Source: Azolla caroliniana (taxonomy: Eukaryota; Plantae; Polypodiophyta). Taken from it: a stretch of DNA of 64,000 nucleotides. Shown here piece by piece: positions 37,826-49,599 of this stretch. The number at the start of each line of letters is the position of its first letter. The first letter of the stretch is position 1. The stretch lies in contig JBHGNT010000002.1 of the NCBI GenBank assembly GCA_043228905.1, positions 4,464,001-4,528,000 on the forward strand, given 5' to 3'. A program made the translations under genes and the position numbers. The notes under the pieces were generated by a model. That model worked only from the letters and a program-made list of their open reading frames with translations. It was not told where the DNA came from and did not search any database.

Positions 37826-38200
37826 TGTTAGAGATTATTCCTTAAGGTAAGCATAGGACGAGAAAATATAAGATAGATAGATAGATAAGAAAAGGAGAGA
37901 GAAAGGTGTCCATCCACACGACCACCTTGAAGCAAAGGGATCGAGACGAACCTGAGTCTTGATTGATGTCCCATACCACCACCATGGCATGAAGTTGTAC
38001 CAGGTACTCGTGCATGCTCGGCACAAGAGTCTGTTCACCACAAGAACAAGACATGTCGTCCTTGAGGAAAAGAGCTCATACATAGTAAAGGAAATTTGCA
38101 AATGTAAGTTTGGATTACAATGATCATGAAATCCAAGTTTAAGTGGTTGAGGATCTACTAGTCCTATTGGATGTGGACCCAAAACTAGGATTGAAGAACA
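37826..38200 (-). repeat. Old LTR remnant related to the LTR of element E (borders approximate)
   Basis: Reverse complement aligns by eye with 53720-53930 (…GGTGGTATGGGAC…GTCTCGATCCCTT…GGTGGTCG.GTGGAT…). Confidence 0.7.
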
Positions 38201-40383
38201 AGTCTATTGGGTGAAAACTAATTTGGTGAAGTGATTAGAGATCAAAAATTTGGTTTGTATGCATCTCTGGAAATACCTGCGAACCAATTCTAGCACACCA
38301 AGAATCCACAATATCCATTACTTACAAATTCCTTCATCAAAACAAGGGTATTCACAATCATGTTACATGCTATACCATTTTAGTATCAATACACAATACA
38401 TTATTCCTTCTCAATCAAATATTTTTTATCAAATGTTATTCATTCATAGATTATAAAAGATATTTGTCAACACTCTTTTTAGTATCAAATATACAGCACA
38501 TTACACAATTTCAAGCTGAAGATTTCATCAAACATTATATCCACTCGTTGATTATAAAACACATTTGGCTAAGGAAGACTTGAATCTCTTCACATGTAAG
38601 CAACTGCTTTAAGACTTTCTAGAACAAATCAACCACACTATAGGCACAATGAGGGGTAACAAAGTTATCATAAACCACATCAACGTTATTTGATAACTAC
38701 TGGTTGACATCTAGAAATTACACACATCTGAGAAACAAAACATCGGGCAGTTGGTTTCAAGAGGTTGGATTTGGATCAAATCACTATCTTGAATCAATTG
38801 CATGATTTGATGAGGCAAAATTAACCACTCACTTTCTTTGCAAAGATTCTCTTGCAAAACCTCACAAACAATACATGGAAGATTTATTAACAAGGGTCTA
38901 AATTGTAAATATTAATAATACTTAGTTTTACTTCAAAGAAATATCTTACATGCTAACAAATATGTGACATGCACGAATGTATGTATTATGTCCAGATAAT
39001 GCTATCAAACCATTGGATGCATTTAGATAGATACTTTAAACCATATTCCTGAACTATTATCAAAACAAAAAGATAAGTGTGATCCCAAACTACTTATTTC
39101 TTTCTGAACCTTTAATTCCCTTTTCAATCACCCTACAAACAAACTTGTATAGAACTAACACTATCATCGTCGTGCAAAAAGTTCATAAACATTGGGTTCT
39201 CGATAGACCATTCTTTAACCTCACATATATGTAAGGTGTGAGTGAAAAAAACAGGAATTTACTCTGATTTCGATACCAAATGTAACGTTAAAAAGACGAA
39301 GTAAATCAAGATGCCATCAAGTTTTGCAAATTAAGGTGGCAAACCTCCATTAACAACCAACCTCTCCATGGAAAGAGAATTCATTTGACAAAACTTTGTT
39401 GTGACAACTTTGCATTAAATTCTTTGACATTGCCACTTGGTGAAGAGACTTTCACGTTCCATCAAATCCATCTGGCATGGGAAGGCAAAGTATAAAAAGT
39501 ACTATCTAATCGAGTAGATAGAGAAGCTGATTTAACTCATTTAGGGTTCACCAAGATCTCCTCACCAAACCGGTGGAGGCAAATGGAGCAATGAAAAGTA
39601 TATCTTACATTAGGCATACCCATGCCCATTATTAAGACATGGTTTGTATCATCACTTAAACGACCCCATCATGATGTGTGTCGTACATTTGAGATTCCTA
39701 TGGCTAATATTAAGACATGGTTGTATCATATTACATTATAGTAAATGCACCTATGAAAAGTACATCTCACATTTGACATACCATGGACATTATTAATATG
39801 AGGTTGTAATATTTTGCACCAAAGACCTAGTTTTGGAAAGTGCTTGTAATCTTTTTATTGCATTTTAATGTGGCAAAATTCAAAATGGTTTTCATCAAAG
39901 ATAACCCCAACCAAACAAGCGTTATGATGGCACCAAATTTAAAGAGATAATGAACCATCAAATTACGCATTATACACATGCATCATCTATCACAACTATT
40001 AGAGAACTGTCAGCGCACAAAGAGGCTGACCTTGAACCAAATTTATTGGATCTTGAGCCCCAAAACTCAGTCTCGAAACAAACAAGGATTGAGAGCTCAC
40101 TGAAAGAAATGGCTGAAGGGACACAATCGCACTCCGCAATCTGCCAAAAAATCCCCACAAAATTCAAGTCACGGAGTCAACGCAATACAATAATTAGCAG
40201 TGTTTTTGTGTCAACACAAAGAAAAGAACTTCAATATTGCAGAAAGAGGAAAGTTGTGAGGAAAAAGTTCCCATCCCCCACTTTTCTTATTATTGCCCCA
40301 AATGCCTCTACTAACAAGGAATCCAGACAACAATTGTACCATCTATTCTATGGTTTGAAATCCATGGCTCTAATCATCAGACA

Positions 40384-40631
40384 CATTTGCACATAATTAA
40401 GTCTAAATAATCTACAAAACGTCTCTAACTCTAAATCACAATAATCTAGGGGAAAACACAAGCTTTGCACGTAAGGGCATACCAAAGCTACGCTTTATTT
40501 TCTGGATATACATTTGCACATAATGAAGTCTAAATAATCCACAAAATGTCTTTGCATGTAATGAAGTCTAGGGAAAAACACAAGCTTTGCAACTAAGGGT
40601 GTACCAAGGCTATGGTTTATTTTCTGGATAT
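40384..40631. repeat. Two-copy tandem duplication, unit ~125 bp
   Basis: CATTTGCACATAAT.AAGTCTAAATAATC...TTTATTTTCTGGATA occurs twice. Confidence 0.75.
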
Positions 40632-42050
40632 TACAAACATGTTTCCCTTTTGCAGAAACACAAGTAAGAAATATCTCTAATCATAATAACAGTAATCCAG
40701 GAGAATGACACATTTTCCAATAGATCTAAACCATTCTTTAGAGCCAGATACATTTTTGCATGGATCTAAACCATGCTTTAGTGCCAGATAAGATTTATTC
40801 TTACCTTTGAGGACAAGGACCAAAAAAAGACAAAACATTGTTCACAAAATGAATCCCTGAAAGCTTGCAAACCAGAAATAAATATATATAATCTTACACC
40901 CAAAAGAATTACTGAAAGCATCAAAAACCAAACAAAAGAGCAGAAATATCAAGCTTTTTCTGAGCAAAAGAGAAAAAGTATATGAAGCCATTTTTGCAAA
41001 ACAAATGCTTAAATGCATCAAAACCCAAAAGAGCACATACAAAAAACAATCTTTTTGCGAACAAAGAGACATTATGTAAAGCCTTCTTCATGAAAAGTAT
41101 CATTAAAAACGTCTACAGGCAATGGAAATTACAGAGAAACCAAGCTTTTTAAGCTAAGCTACAAATTATGGTTGTTAATCCCCACATAATAAGGTTTAAA
41201 TCATCAAACATCAAAATATATAACTGAAAAGCATCAAAAAGTGAAGTAAAGAACATGACAAATAGTGTTTCTTTTATACAGCAATGGAGCTTATTTTTCA
41301 GTTTGTATGATAAAAAATATGATAAGAAAAGGGAAGATTCTTCTTAAAATGCATCACAAAAGCATCAAAAATCAAAGGGAAGATGATGAAAACCAACCAT
41401 CCACAATCAGGAGAGTAATACATGCATCATTGTTTCAAATTATAGCCCTAAAAGGGTAAAAGGGTAAAAGCGCAAAGAGAAAACAGTAATAAAATACATT
41501 TTCTTCCCTCTTTTGTGAGCCACTAAAATATGCACCTAAACCTTCCCAGCAGATCACATCTTGGGTTTTTTTCTTTATTTCCCCAACTACAGACCGAATG
41601 TTCTGTTTCTCCATAGGTGTCCGACCAGAACCCATTTCGAGCAATATGTGCTATTTGAGCGAGACAGAATTCAGTCAATTCACCCCCTTTCTCTCAGTTC
41701 TATTTGATTGATCCGTTCACCTGTCTGTGCTACTTGAGCAATTATATGGTCAATTTACTCATTTCTTCTCTCTTTTGATGGAGTTGACTAGGGGCATTGA
41801 GAAAAATAACTTGTCTCCATAAGAAGTAACAAGAAGAAAACATCTCTTCTTCCCCTTGAGAAACAGAAATCATAGATGTTGAAGCTTACTAACAGAAAAT
41901 CCTAGCTCTACAAAGCATCAGAAAGAAAAAAAAAGGAAGCAAACAAACAACGTACATACGGGAAGCTTGATTTTTCACAATGTAATCCAAATCGCATCGA
42001 AAAGCAATTAAAAGAAGGAAAATAAAAACAAAAGATGAAGAAGTGCTTAC

Positions 42051-42217
42051 TTGAAGATGCGAGAGGAAGGTAATTGGAAAGCAGAAGAGCAAGAAGAAGA
42101 AGAAGAAGCAGCAGACGAAGGAGCTTCTTGAGCAACGCCAAAGCCACGCTGTTGCTTGAGACTGCGAGACAGAGCTCCGATAGATCTCATTATCAAACCT
42201 GGAGGTGAGCGTACCAT
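42051..42217 (-). other. Possible first exon of an unidentified host gene or pseudogene
   Basis: Telo-box at 42294-42301, CT-rich leader, ORF MVRSPPGLIMRSIGALSRSLKQQRGFG... rich in S and R, donor GTAAGC at 42050. No continuous downstream CDS could be built. Confidence 0.3.
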
Positions 42218-42436
42218 CGCTAGAACCTCAGCAGAATCAGAAGAAGAAGAAGATGGTGATGATGGTGATGATGGAGAGCAGGAGAAGGAAGAGAAACCCT
42301 AAAAACTTGGGTCTACTTTAGGAATTTGGAGGGGAAATTTGGCCTCTCCCTTCCATTCCATTCCATTCCAGTGAAGAAGAAAATATGATGGCTATGGACG
42401 CGGAAAGAACACTCGAAGGGGGCCGACAATGTCGGG

Positions 42437-42782
42437 CGGATGGATGGACGGACGGATGGATAGGCAGACAAGTGGATGGACGGATGGATAGGTGGACAAG
42501 TGGACAAGTGGATGGACGGATGGACTGATGGACTGATGGATGGGCGAGCAGACGGACAGACAAATAGACAAAACATACAGATGGATGGACAAACAGGCAC
42601 GCAGATGGACAAATGGAAAGAACACGAACGTCTGACAATGACTAACGGATGGATGGATGGATGGATGGATGGACAGGCAGACGGGTAGACAAATGTATGA
42701 ATGGGCAGATAAGCATACAGACAAACATACATATGGACGAACATATGGGTGGACAAATGGATGGACAGATTGGATGGACGCC
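42437..42782. repeat. Degenerate (GGAT/GGAC)n tetranucleotide repeat
   Basis: Directly visible; explains the low-complexity ORFs in all frames. Confidence 0.9.
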
Positions 42783-43204
42783 CAAACACCATTGGGCGAG
42801 GACATGTCTCCAATAGTTCTTAGACTCGCCCCCTCCCAAGGGGGTTCAACGTGAGACAGGGAAAGAGAAGAGAAAATGTGTCAAAGAGAGAGAGAGAGAG
42901 AGAGAGAGAGAACGCAAAGTTCGGAGATGTTGGAGAAGGGCAAACACTAATTTTGATGTATCTTCTTGCTACGGTGTCTGTTTGCTTTGTTCTTTAGCTC
43001 GTTTCGAAGCCTGCACATAGAGCTTTCTAAAGAGTATCTACACGTATCATTTGGAGGTCTTGGTAGAACGTTACGAGTAAAAATTCCATTCGACTGCATG
43101 CATCGCATGATCGCTTGCTTTGATTCCTTCTCCAACACAATTACTTGTAAGTGAACTCTCTCCTATTTCTTGTCATATGGATGGTAGTGTTTTCATGAAT
43201 ATGG

Positions 43205-44536
43205 ATGAGTCTCCAAATTCTTCAAAGGATGCGTGCATGGTTGGTTGAGTCAGTATCAAGCCCAAGAGGGGATGGTAAAAGAAAACGATGTATTGGAGAT
43301 AATAGTAATGACATGTCTTATGCTGATGCAATGCGACAAGATGATATTGAGAAAGATGATAATCATTGGGAACATTTAAGATGCATGGCAAATATATTAA
43401 TGGAAGATTGTATAAGGGAGAATGTGAAAGTTGCTGAGGAGTTTGTTGACGATGAAGTGGCTAAGGTAGAAATAGACAATAAGGAGTTTTTGGGCTCATT
43501 TGTTAATTTTTGTGATAAAGGGGTCATATTGTTTTTCACGGGAAAGATACCTTTCCTTTGGAGGGTCAAACAATGGTTACGTGGGATTTTACAAGCTGAT
43601 TGTGTTCAGGATGTTTATGCTGGTCCTCGTGGATTTTATGAGGTTGTTTTGGTATCACAAGAGTATAAAGAGAAATTACTCAATAAATTGCCAGTTTTTT
43701 ATGAGAAAAGTTTGGTTCATATTGTTCCATGGAGACCATTAGTGGAATATCAAGATATATTAAAGCAAGAGTGTCCCGTATGGGTTGAGGTAGAGTGCAC
43801 ATATTCAGTGGTTTGGCCAATATTACGGTCAGCGATGGAAAAGTTGGGAAAGATCTTGGTGCCTCCTAGTGCTAATGCTCAAAATCGATATCGGATGTGT
43901 ATTCTTTGGAATATTGCTATAAAGAGGCCAAGTTGTTTACAGATTGCATGTTCTGGTATGCCACCTATGTATTTTCGGCTTAAATGGGGTACATTTGCAG
44001 GACATTGTTTCCATTGTGGTGTGTTGGGGCATTTTATGGCTGAATGTCCTCAAAAAAGAAATAATGTAGTGGAAGTGGTACATGAAGAGCCTACAACTCA
44101 TGATCAGATTCAAGATTTGACAATTTCAGAGCAAACAAAGGAACCACAAATTGTGAATGAGAAGGATGGAAAGACTCTAGAGGATGAAGGACAATGGTCA
44201 ATAGTTTCTGGAAAGATGAAGAAGTCTAATAAAAATGTTGGGCATAATGTATCTAAGGAGAAGGTCACACCGACACATCCCATGCGGAATAAACCATGGG
44301 CTCGTCAAGAGGACTATCCAAAGAAATTATCTTTTGATAATAAAGGTAATTTGTATGTTCCTTGGAATAAACGAAAATCGGTGCCTCGTTCACATGAGGA
44401 GCCATCGGGGTCTGGAGTTTTGCATTCCCATAGTAATTCATATGCAATCTTAGGGGATTTATTTCAGGATATGGCAGAAACATTAGCAGTGAAGGAGACG
44501 GAGATTTCTCGAATAAAAGGAAAAAATAAAGTATGA
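43205..44536 (+). CDS. LINE ORF1 (DUF4283-like region plus zinc knuckle)
   Basis: 443 aa; CPVWVE and CFHCGVLGHFMAEC. Confidence 0.85.
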   Translation: MSLQILQRMRAWLVESVSSPRGDGKRKRCIGDNSNDMSYADAMRQDDIEKDDNHWEHLRCMANILMEDCIRENVKVAEEFVDDEVAKVEIDNKEFLGSFVNFCDKGVILFFTGKIPFLWRVKQWLRGILQADCVQDVYAGPRGFYEVVLVSQEYKEKLLNKLPVFYEKSLVHIVPWRPLVEYQDILKQECPVWVEVECTYSVVWPILRSAMEKLGKILVPPSANAQNRYRMCILWNIAIKRPSCLQIACSGMPPMYFRLKWGTFAGHCFHCGVLGHFMAECPQKRNNVVEVVHEEPTTHDQIQDLTISEQTKEPQIVNEKDGKTLEDEGQWSIVSGKMKKSNKNVGHNVSKEKVTPTHPMRNKPWARQEDYPKKLSFDNKGNLYVPWNKRKSVPRSHEEPSGSGVLHSHSNSYAILGDLFQDMAETLAVKETEISRIKGKNKV

Positions 44537-47500
44537 AGATCACCACATGGAATGTGAGGGGATTGTGTTCTAGATTTAGAATGCATGAGGTTTGGAGGAT
44601 TGTGTTAAGTGAGCAATGGGATGTTTTATGTGTAGTAGAGCATAAAGATCATCGGAATGCTGGTTTAATTAGTTATTCTAAGGGTTATACATTATGTTAT
44701 GTTGGCAAGGTTCATGGGGATTATTCTGGGATTGTCATGTTTATAAGAGATAAATTTCACCCAAAAGTAATTGTTTCAGATGAATTTGGAAGATTTATTG
44801 TGGTAGAGATATGTTATGAAGGGCAAGCTATTTGGTTAGTTGGTGTGTATGCATCAAATGTTTCACAAGAACGAAAGTTGTTATGGAGATCTCTAAACTC
44901 AGTGCTTCATAATGGTAGACCGGGTTTATTGATGGGAGATTTTAATATTTGTTGTGAGACAAATCAATCAACATCTATCCACTCTATTATGGATGGACCA
45001 GAGGCTCAAGAATGGGGAGATTTTGAGACTAAAGTCATGTTAAGGGATGTATGGAAATGGATCAAGGGAGATGAACCTGGTTATACCTTTCAATCGGCAC
45101 AATATAAGGATACTTGGAGTAGGTTGGATCGAATGTATGTAATGCATACCGAAGGTTTTTTACCAGAGATTTTGGATATTTCAGTGTCTTATGGGTCAAT
45201 TATATCAGATCATTTCCCATTAATTTTTGAGTTCAATCACCACTCAATTAGAGGTTTTCATGAGTTTTTAGGAAAACCACCGTTGATTTTTAATTCATCA
45301 TTTTTGGATCATGAGGTCTTCCATGCCTATATGTGTCAATTGATTGATGCATTTGCCTATCGCGTTCAATTTGATGGGTATGAAGCGTGGGAAGTATTTG
45401 TTGCAAATGTTCAGAGGTTAACTAGATATTATGGAATTCACCATGCTTTTAAAAGGAGAAAGAAATTAAGTCTCCTAGTTAATTTGCTTGATAAATGCAA
45501 CTCATTGTTAACTTATTGGCCAACGGATGTAGAGTTGATGGGATATCAAGAGGTATTAATTTTCTGCGATGCATGACCTAACGGCAAAAAATTATCAACA
45601 TGCTAGACTACATCGTCTAAGACAAGAAGTGGATGATGCTAATTGTCAATCACATAAGTTTTTCCATGACCTTCATGAATCACATGCACGACATAATGTG
45701 GTAAGGTTAGAGGAAAATGGTATCATGTGTTCCAATCCTCAAGAAATTGTGAAGAAATGCATAGAATATTATACACAATTGTTGGATGTACAAGTGTGTA
45801 TCGATGATAATGTTAAAAAGGATAGATATGTATTTTTTAATGGAGTGAAAAATCATGTATCGCATTATGTGGCACAATCATTAGATGTTAATATTTCAGA
45901 GGATGAGGTGGAACATGTCATGTCACATCTTGCTAATGATAAGAGTCATGGGTGGGATGGATTAACACATGAACTCTTTAAGAAATATGTGATTAAGTTA
46001 AAGGGGCCTTTTACGATTTTATTTCAGAAGGTGTGGACATCAGGGGAAATGCCTCATTCTTGGAAGATTGGTTTGATCAAGCTTTTGCCGAAGGTGCCTT
46101 CTCCATCTTCCTTTGCTCAATGGAGGCCTATTTCATTGATGGGGGGAATGTACAAGATTTTTGCAAAAGTGATGGCCAATAGGTTGCATAAGGTTTTACC
46201 TTCTATTATTCATAATGCTCAATATGGGTTTTTAGCAAAAAGAGACATTTTACATAATATTTTAAATGTTCAAATGGCAATTGACTATGCAAAGGAGTCT
46301 AAACAAGAATTAGTGTTGCTACAATTGGATATCGAGAAAGCCTATGATAATGTGGATTGGTCATTTATAAATCAATTGATGTCTCATATGGGTTTTGGTG
46401 ATCGTATGTCTAAGTTGATACACACATTAGGGGAGGGTTCGGTTTCACATGTGATGTTTAATGGTGGAGTAACCCAACCGATTTCTATTCGGAGGTCACT
46501 TAGACAAGGATGCCCGGTAAGTCCTTTACTATTCACTATTGTGACACATCCTATTCTTGTTAAGTTACACAATATGGCTATGGAGGAAGAATTGCTTGGA
46601 CTAAGGTTGCCATCAGGGAAGCCATGTATTGTTCAAGCTCTCGCAGATGATCATATTATGTTTTTGGCACCTAATCGGGAAAATATTAGTAAGACAAGAG
46701 ATGTGTGGGAATTGTTTTCAAATGCTTCGGGGTTGAGAATTAATATACATAAATCTGTCCTCATTTTATGTACAGAACAAGATGTGTTAGGGTTGGGGTG
46801 GTCAGGAAGGATAGTACATCGTGGTATGATTTGTCGTCATCTTGGATATCCAATTGGGTTGGAAGTTTCTCATGTGAAACTTATTGAGTGGGTATCCAAA
46901 AGGTTGGAGGATAAGTTTATGTATTGGAGGTCTCAATTTTGGCCTTTTCATGTACGACTTAAGGTGTTCCAATCGATTATGGTCTCTATGCTATCTTATT
47001 ATCTTCCTTTGCTCCCATGGTCAAAGAAAGCTCTTGAAATGTTGTCACGCTCGATGCGAATGTTGTTATGGAAAAGAAAAGAGAAAAGTGCCTTGTCATG
47101 GTTGGCATGGGATCATGTTTGTACTCCGAAGCGTCTTGGTGGGGCATCAATATTGAATCTATATGAGCATATGGTGGCTCGTCGATTTACTTTCATTCGA
47201 TTCATGTTTGAAAGTGTTCAACCTTGGATAGAAATGGTGGCATACTTTATAGAGAAGAACGGAATAAAGCTTGGAAACATGAAGGTTGAAGCGAATTGGT
47301 GGAATGTAATTAATTCTGTCAGGGATGTCAAATGTACAGGGTCTATGATAGTTAATCATTTGTTGACATCTTGGCAAAGTATGTTGGATTTTGTGGAATG
47401 GCATCCCCCACAAGAAAGGGGATGTGCCAATTCATTACAAATGGAGGTTTTGGCAACATCAAGGTTGTTGAGGTGGGAAGGTAAACAAATTCTTAACCTT

Positions 47501-48385
47501 CAATTTAATCGGATGGCTAGATTGGGTTTGGTAAGAGTTAAGGATGCTATGTTGGTTTCACAAAGAAGATTTATGACTTTTCGAACAATAAGATCAACAT
47601 TTCGTATTCCAAAAGGCTATAACTTTATTTGGGATAAGTTGCAACAAATACTATCTTCGCATGAGCCAATTCCTGATTTAGATGGGCGATCTCAAGAGCT
47701 TGATTGGAGGTTTGTTGGAAATAAGAGATTGACTATGATCTCAACGAATGTTGCTTATCACAAGTTGATTGACAAACATAAGTGGTTGGAAGAAAGGGTT
47801 ATAAAGATATGGGGTTTTCATAAGCCCATTACTTAGTGGTTTCATGTGATCAAGGCAGGTTGGTGTTCTCGATTGATGCTACGAGCCAAGGTATTTATTT
47901 GGAGAGTTATGGTTGGAGCTTTACCATTAGGGGATGCATTAAAAAGAAGAAACATTACTAAAGGATTGTGTTTCTTTTGTTCGGTGGAATTGGAACATAG
48001 TAGGCATCGATTTATTTCATGCCCGATGGCAAGGATGGTTTGGAGGTGTATCAGTTTAGTGTGGATGTCTCTAACAGGAGTAAGTCTATCTTCCTTCAGT
48101 TGGGTTTTTGCACATATGGAGAACAATGAACCGATGCCTCATTTTCAAATTATTTTTGAGTTCTTGAGGTATTGGGGGCTATGGTTCAATTGGAATATGC
48201 GGAATGCCTTCATTTTTTATTCACAAGTTGGGGTGAGAAAATATGTTCTTAAGTTAAAAGGACTTCTTTTGTGGCAATTGACAGTGCTAGAGAAGTCACA
48301 AAATCTCAACCAAGAAGAGAGAGAACTCTGCAAGGTCACATATCATCATATTCGCCATTTGAATTGGTGTGTAGGGTGGCATTGA
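44533..48385 (+). pseudogene. LINE ORF2 (APE endonuclease, RT, zf-RVT) with one frameshift and one stop
   Basis: MKITTWNVRG, MGDFN, SRLDR, SDHFP; WRPISL, LDIEKAYD, LRQGCP, ALADD; CFFC...H...C. Probable extra T in the run near 45560 and TAG at 47834-47836. Confidence 0.92.
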
Positions 48386-48529
48386 GTTTGGTGTCGTAGT
48401 TTTCTTTAGATCCCTAGATAGAAGGGGTTCTATAGTTTGTTGTAAGTTAGTCATGGTGGTGTTTTTTCTTTCGTAATGAAAGCCATTATTTATGAAAAAA
48501 AAGAGAGAGACACAGACACAGAGAGAGAG

Positions 48530-48718
48530 AGCTCAGTTGGTAAGGTTGCCCAATGGAAACCAGGTGGTCATGGGTTCAACCCCTACATTCCACAGTGGCA
48601 TCTAGTGAATTAAGAGATATATAAGAAGTATATAATAGAGAGGTGAGGAAGTTGGGTTGCAAACCCACAACGCAGGGCCTTGTAGTGCTAACAACTTACC
48701 ACTAGGGTAAGGTCTCGA

Positions 48719-48722
<4 letters not shown>
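48530..48722. other. Cassette of two convergent tRNA-like modules between (GA)n tracts (inverted partial copy at 28249-28412)
   Basis: Plus-strand AGCTCAGTTGG...GGGTTCAACCCC and minus-strand CCTAGTGGTAAG...GGGTTTGCAACCC. The central ~100 nt match the reverse complement of 28315-28410 closely. Confidence 0.7.
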
Positions 48723-48766
<44 letters not shown>

Positions 48767-49599
48767 AGAGAGAACTTGTTCATTATTCATTCATTCCCCA
48801 TAAGGGGGTTGAATAGTTACAAAAGGGTAGATACATAGGGATGCAAACCCCATTTGCCATTCACACTAATCACTCACTCACACCTCTTCTTATCTGTCCA
48901 CATGCACACACATGTGCATGTGTTCACATACGTATACATTCACACTCATAATTGTATACAGTACTCACTCACTCAACTCACCGTACATTGTGTATGGTAA
49001 CAGTAGACATCAACATCGGCATGGGTACTAAACTTAGCATGACACTAGGAAAAAGGGGGATATAACAAAATTGCTTTTAGAGATTTAGTCTGAATCCTCA
49101 CCCCAACATCAAAGCTATAAAAGTCACTTGTTATTCTCTAGCCGGACAAGGCCTAACACAAGGTGTCACGGAGACACTTCACCAAAGGGTGATTACGGCA
49201 TAGGATTAAGATTCAACGATTACACCGACTTACATAGGTTACACGATTAGAATGCTTCGGTTAATTACACGCGTAAGATATAACAGTAATTACAGAACGG
49301 AAATCAAGACAGAAGTATAAACAACATAAGCTCTATTAATTATCCGCTGTCATTACAATGGGGTCCGGGCCTTTAAATAGGTTTCCGGCCCGTAGTACAA
49401 AACGGTGCCTCTCGCACCTATTCGGGATCCGTCCGGATCTGGAACGGCATACCGTTTCCAGTCCGTCCGTCCACACTATGCTCATTTACAACCATATCTA
49501 ATTAATTCCTTCACTCCGTATTTTGGACTCCTTGCCGGCCGGTAACACATGGCACGCCCGTGGGACAGTACCTTGTACGTCGAACCCTTCTCGGCCCCT

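Larger units (their letters stand above)
42911..48502 (+). mobile_element. Full-length L1/Tx1-type LINE inserted in a (GA)n tract
   Basis: 5' UTR, ORF1, ORF2, short 3' UTR, A8 tail at 48495-48502; (GA)n on both sides. Confidence 0.93.

Noticed and set aside
39950-40396. 148-aa ORF
   Set aside because: No recognisable domain or supporting gene context.
42313-42854. ORFs of up to 166 aa
   Set aside because: Artefacts of the (GGAT/GGAC)n repeat.
42852-49045. Solo LTR split by the LINE
   Set aside because: Termini are plausible but the flanks (CAACG versus CTAGG) give no TSD, so it was not called.
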